64,000 nt of DNA from Tubiluchus corallicola (lineage: Eukaryota > Animalia > Priapulida), in the NCBI GenBank assembly GCA_030141605.1, contig JAQGDQ010000004.1:744001-808000 (forward strand). Reading direction: 5' to 3'. The notes below the pieces were generated by a model. It was not told the DNA's origin. It saw nothing but the letters and a program-made list of their open reading frames with translations, and made no database searches. The position numbers and the translations under genes are program-made. Positions within the stretch are counted from its first letter, which is position 1. Every line of letters starts with the position of its first letter. Of this stretch, positions 62,935 to 64,000 are shown piece after piece.

Positions 62935-63940
62935 TTAAATTGGAAAGGATGCTCTGATAGTCCTGCCGTTCAGTGGCTGTACTGGCCTGAAATTATCAAC
63001 AAGGTTTGGTTCCACGCCAGCAGGCGGCGTAGAACCTTTGGGGTACGTGAACAACCGTCGAAATTCTTCCATCTAAAAATAAAAAAAGGAAATTAAATTA
63101 GTTGTGTGCAAAGTTGATGATAAAGATCAATCAACAATTAACATTTGATTCTTAGAAATATCAGGTTTGCACTGACAAACTTTTAGTCCGAATCGACATC
63201 GGTCTGAGTCACTTCATGATGGATGCAGAATCTAGCCATTTTCATTTCGGTCTCGCTCTTTGTTGGCTTTACGCTTTGTAGCCTTTGTAGCTTTTACGCC
63301 TATTGTGAAGACAATAAGTATAATGCGTATTTCGAACTTCTTGTGAATATGAATAATCTTGGACGGGATACTTTCTGCATGTGCACTTTTGTAAGCAACA
63401 GCTTCGACCCGGTCGTTCGTTTTTTGTTTTAGCCACAAACATAGTATAGAATAATGTTTTCAGTCCGGACAAGCTGTGTATAATGTTTAGTTTCTAGAAG
63501 CTGCTTCTAATAATATTTTTAAATTCAACGTTGCTATCAAAATTTACGTTATAGGCTACCAAGAAAAAGAAAAGCTATATATCTTCGGCCAATACAAAAT
63601 CTATCAACGTTATCCATGTATGTGAAATTTGAAACTAAATTTGATGCCACAATTTTTGACAGACACTTAATTAAATGTCACATCCAGATAACATACTACA
63701 GACATACAAGTGAAACATTATTCAAATGTATTTTAATACCTACAGAAGTACTTTTCATTTCGCTTTCACGTAGAAACTTGTTATTTTTATAATAGCAACC
63801 TAAAAACAACTTGCTTTAGAAACCTACCTGTTTATGAGACAGCATTAATGGGTATCGAAAGAGAATCCATATAACATTTTCAGCACAAGGTGGCGTTGTT
63901 AACGACCCCTCGTATGTCCAATAGTCACGTAAACTTGGAT
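62935..63940 (-). CDS. CA8: Carbonic anhydrase-related protein VIII-like (CARP VIII), last two coding exons; 5'-partial, gene continues beyond the window end
   Basis: Minus-strand exon 63940-63828 (AG...GT) gives [38 protein letters not shown]. Exon 63072-62935 gives [45 protein letters not shown]. It has the alpha-CA motifs YxGSLTxPPC and NFRPxQPL. The strings DPx[13 protein letters not shown] and EEFRRL match vertebrate CA8 as I recall it. Confidence 0.85.
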
Positions 63941-64000
63941 CTATAAAACAGTGATAATAACAAGGAGTAAAAACGTCATGAAATCTGATGTCACTCCTGT

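Noticed and set aside
63223-63472. Three overlapping short ORFs near the window end
   Set aside because: They lie within the CA8 intron, lack recognisable motifs, and the CA8 exons join in phase without them.

Overview
AT-rich animal (invertebrate bilaterian) nuclear DNA with spliceosomal introns, so the ORF track mostly shows exon pieces and transposon debris. Three host genes were assembled by hand from splice sites. (1) The TM1-to-C-terminus part of a class B1 calcitonin/CGRP/DH31-type GPCR (+, 8 exons, 10114..33392); its hormone-binding exons were not found. (2) A complete 30-exon dual oxidase DUOX (+, 38227..62259, 4497 nt, about 1498 aa) with one GC-AG intron, a degenerate second EF-hand and a Tyr in place of the distal His of the peroxidase domain. 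(3) The last two coding exons of a CA8/CARP VIII-like carbonic anhydrase-related gene (-, 62935..63940), convergent with DUOX and absent from the ORF track. A full-length decayed Gypsy LTR element (10967..22572; 382-bp LTRs, ATAT target duplication, tRNA-Leu primer site) lies in a GPCR intron. It carries an antisense one-LTR BEL/Pao fragment bounded by a 5-bp duplication. Also present: a 300-bp solo LTR with an ATAT duplication upstream of DUOX, RTE LINE relics, Academ-like relics, a foldback element, a MITE and microsatellites. No CRISPR, rRNA or tRNA gene was seen. No new system is proven; the best leads are the atypical DUOX, the GPCR-DUOX-CA8 neighbourhood and the unusual nested insertion.
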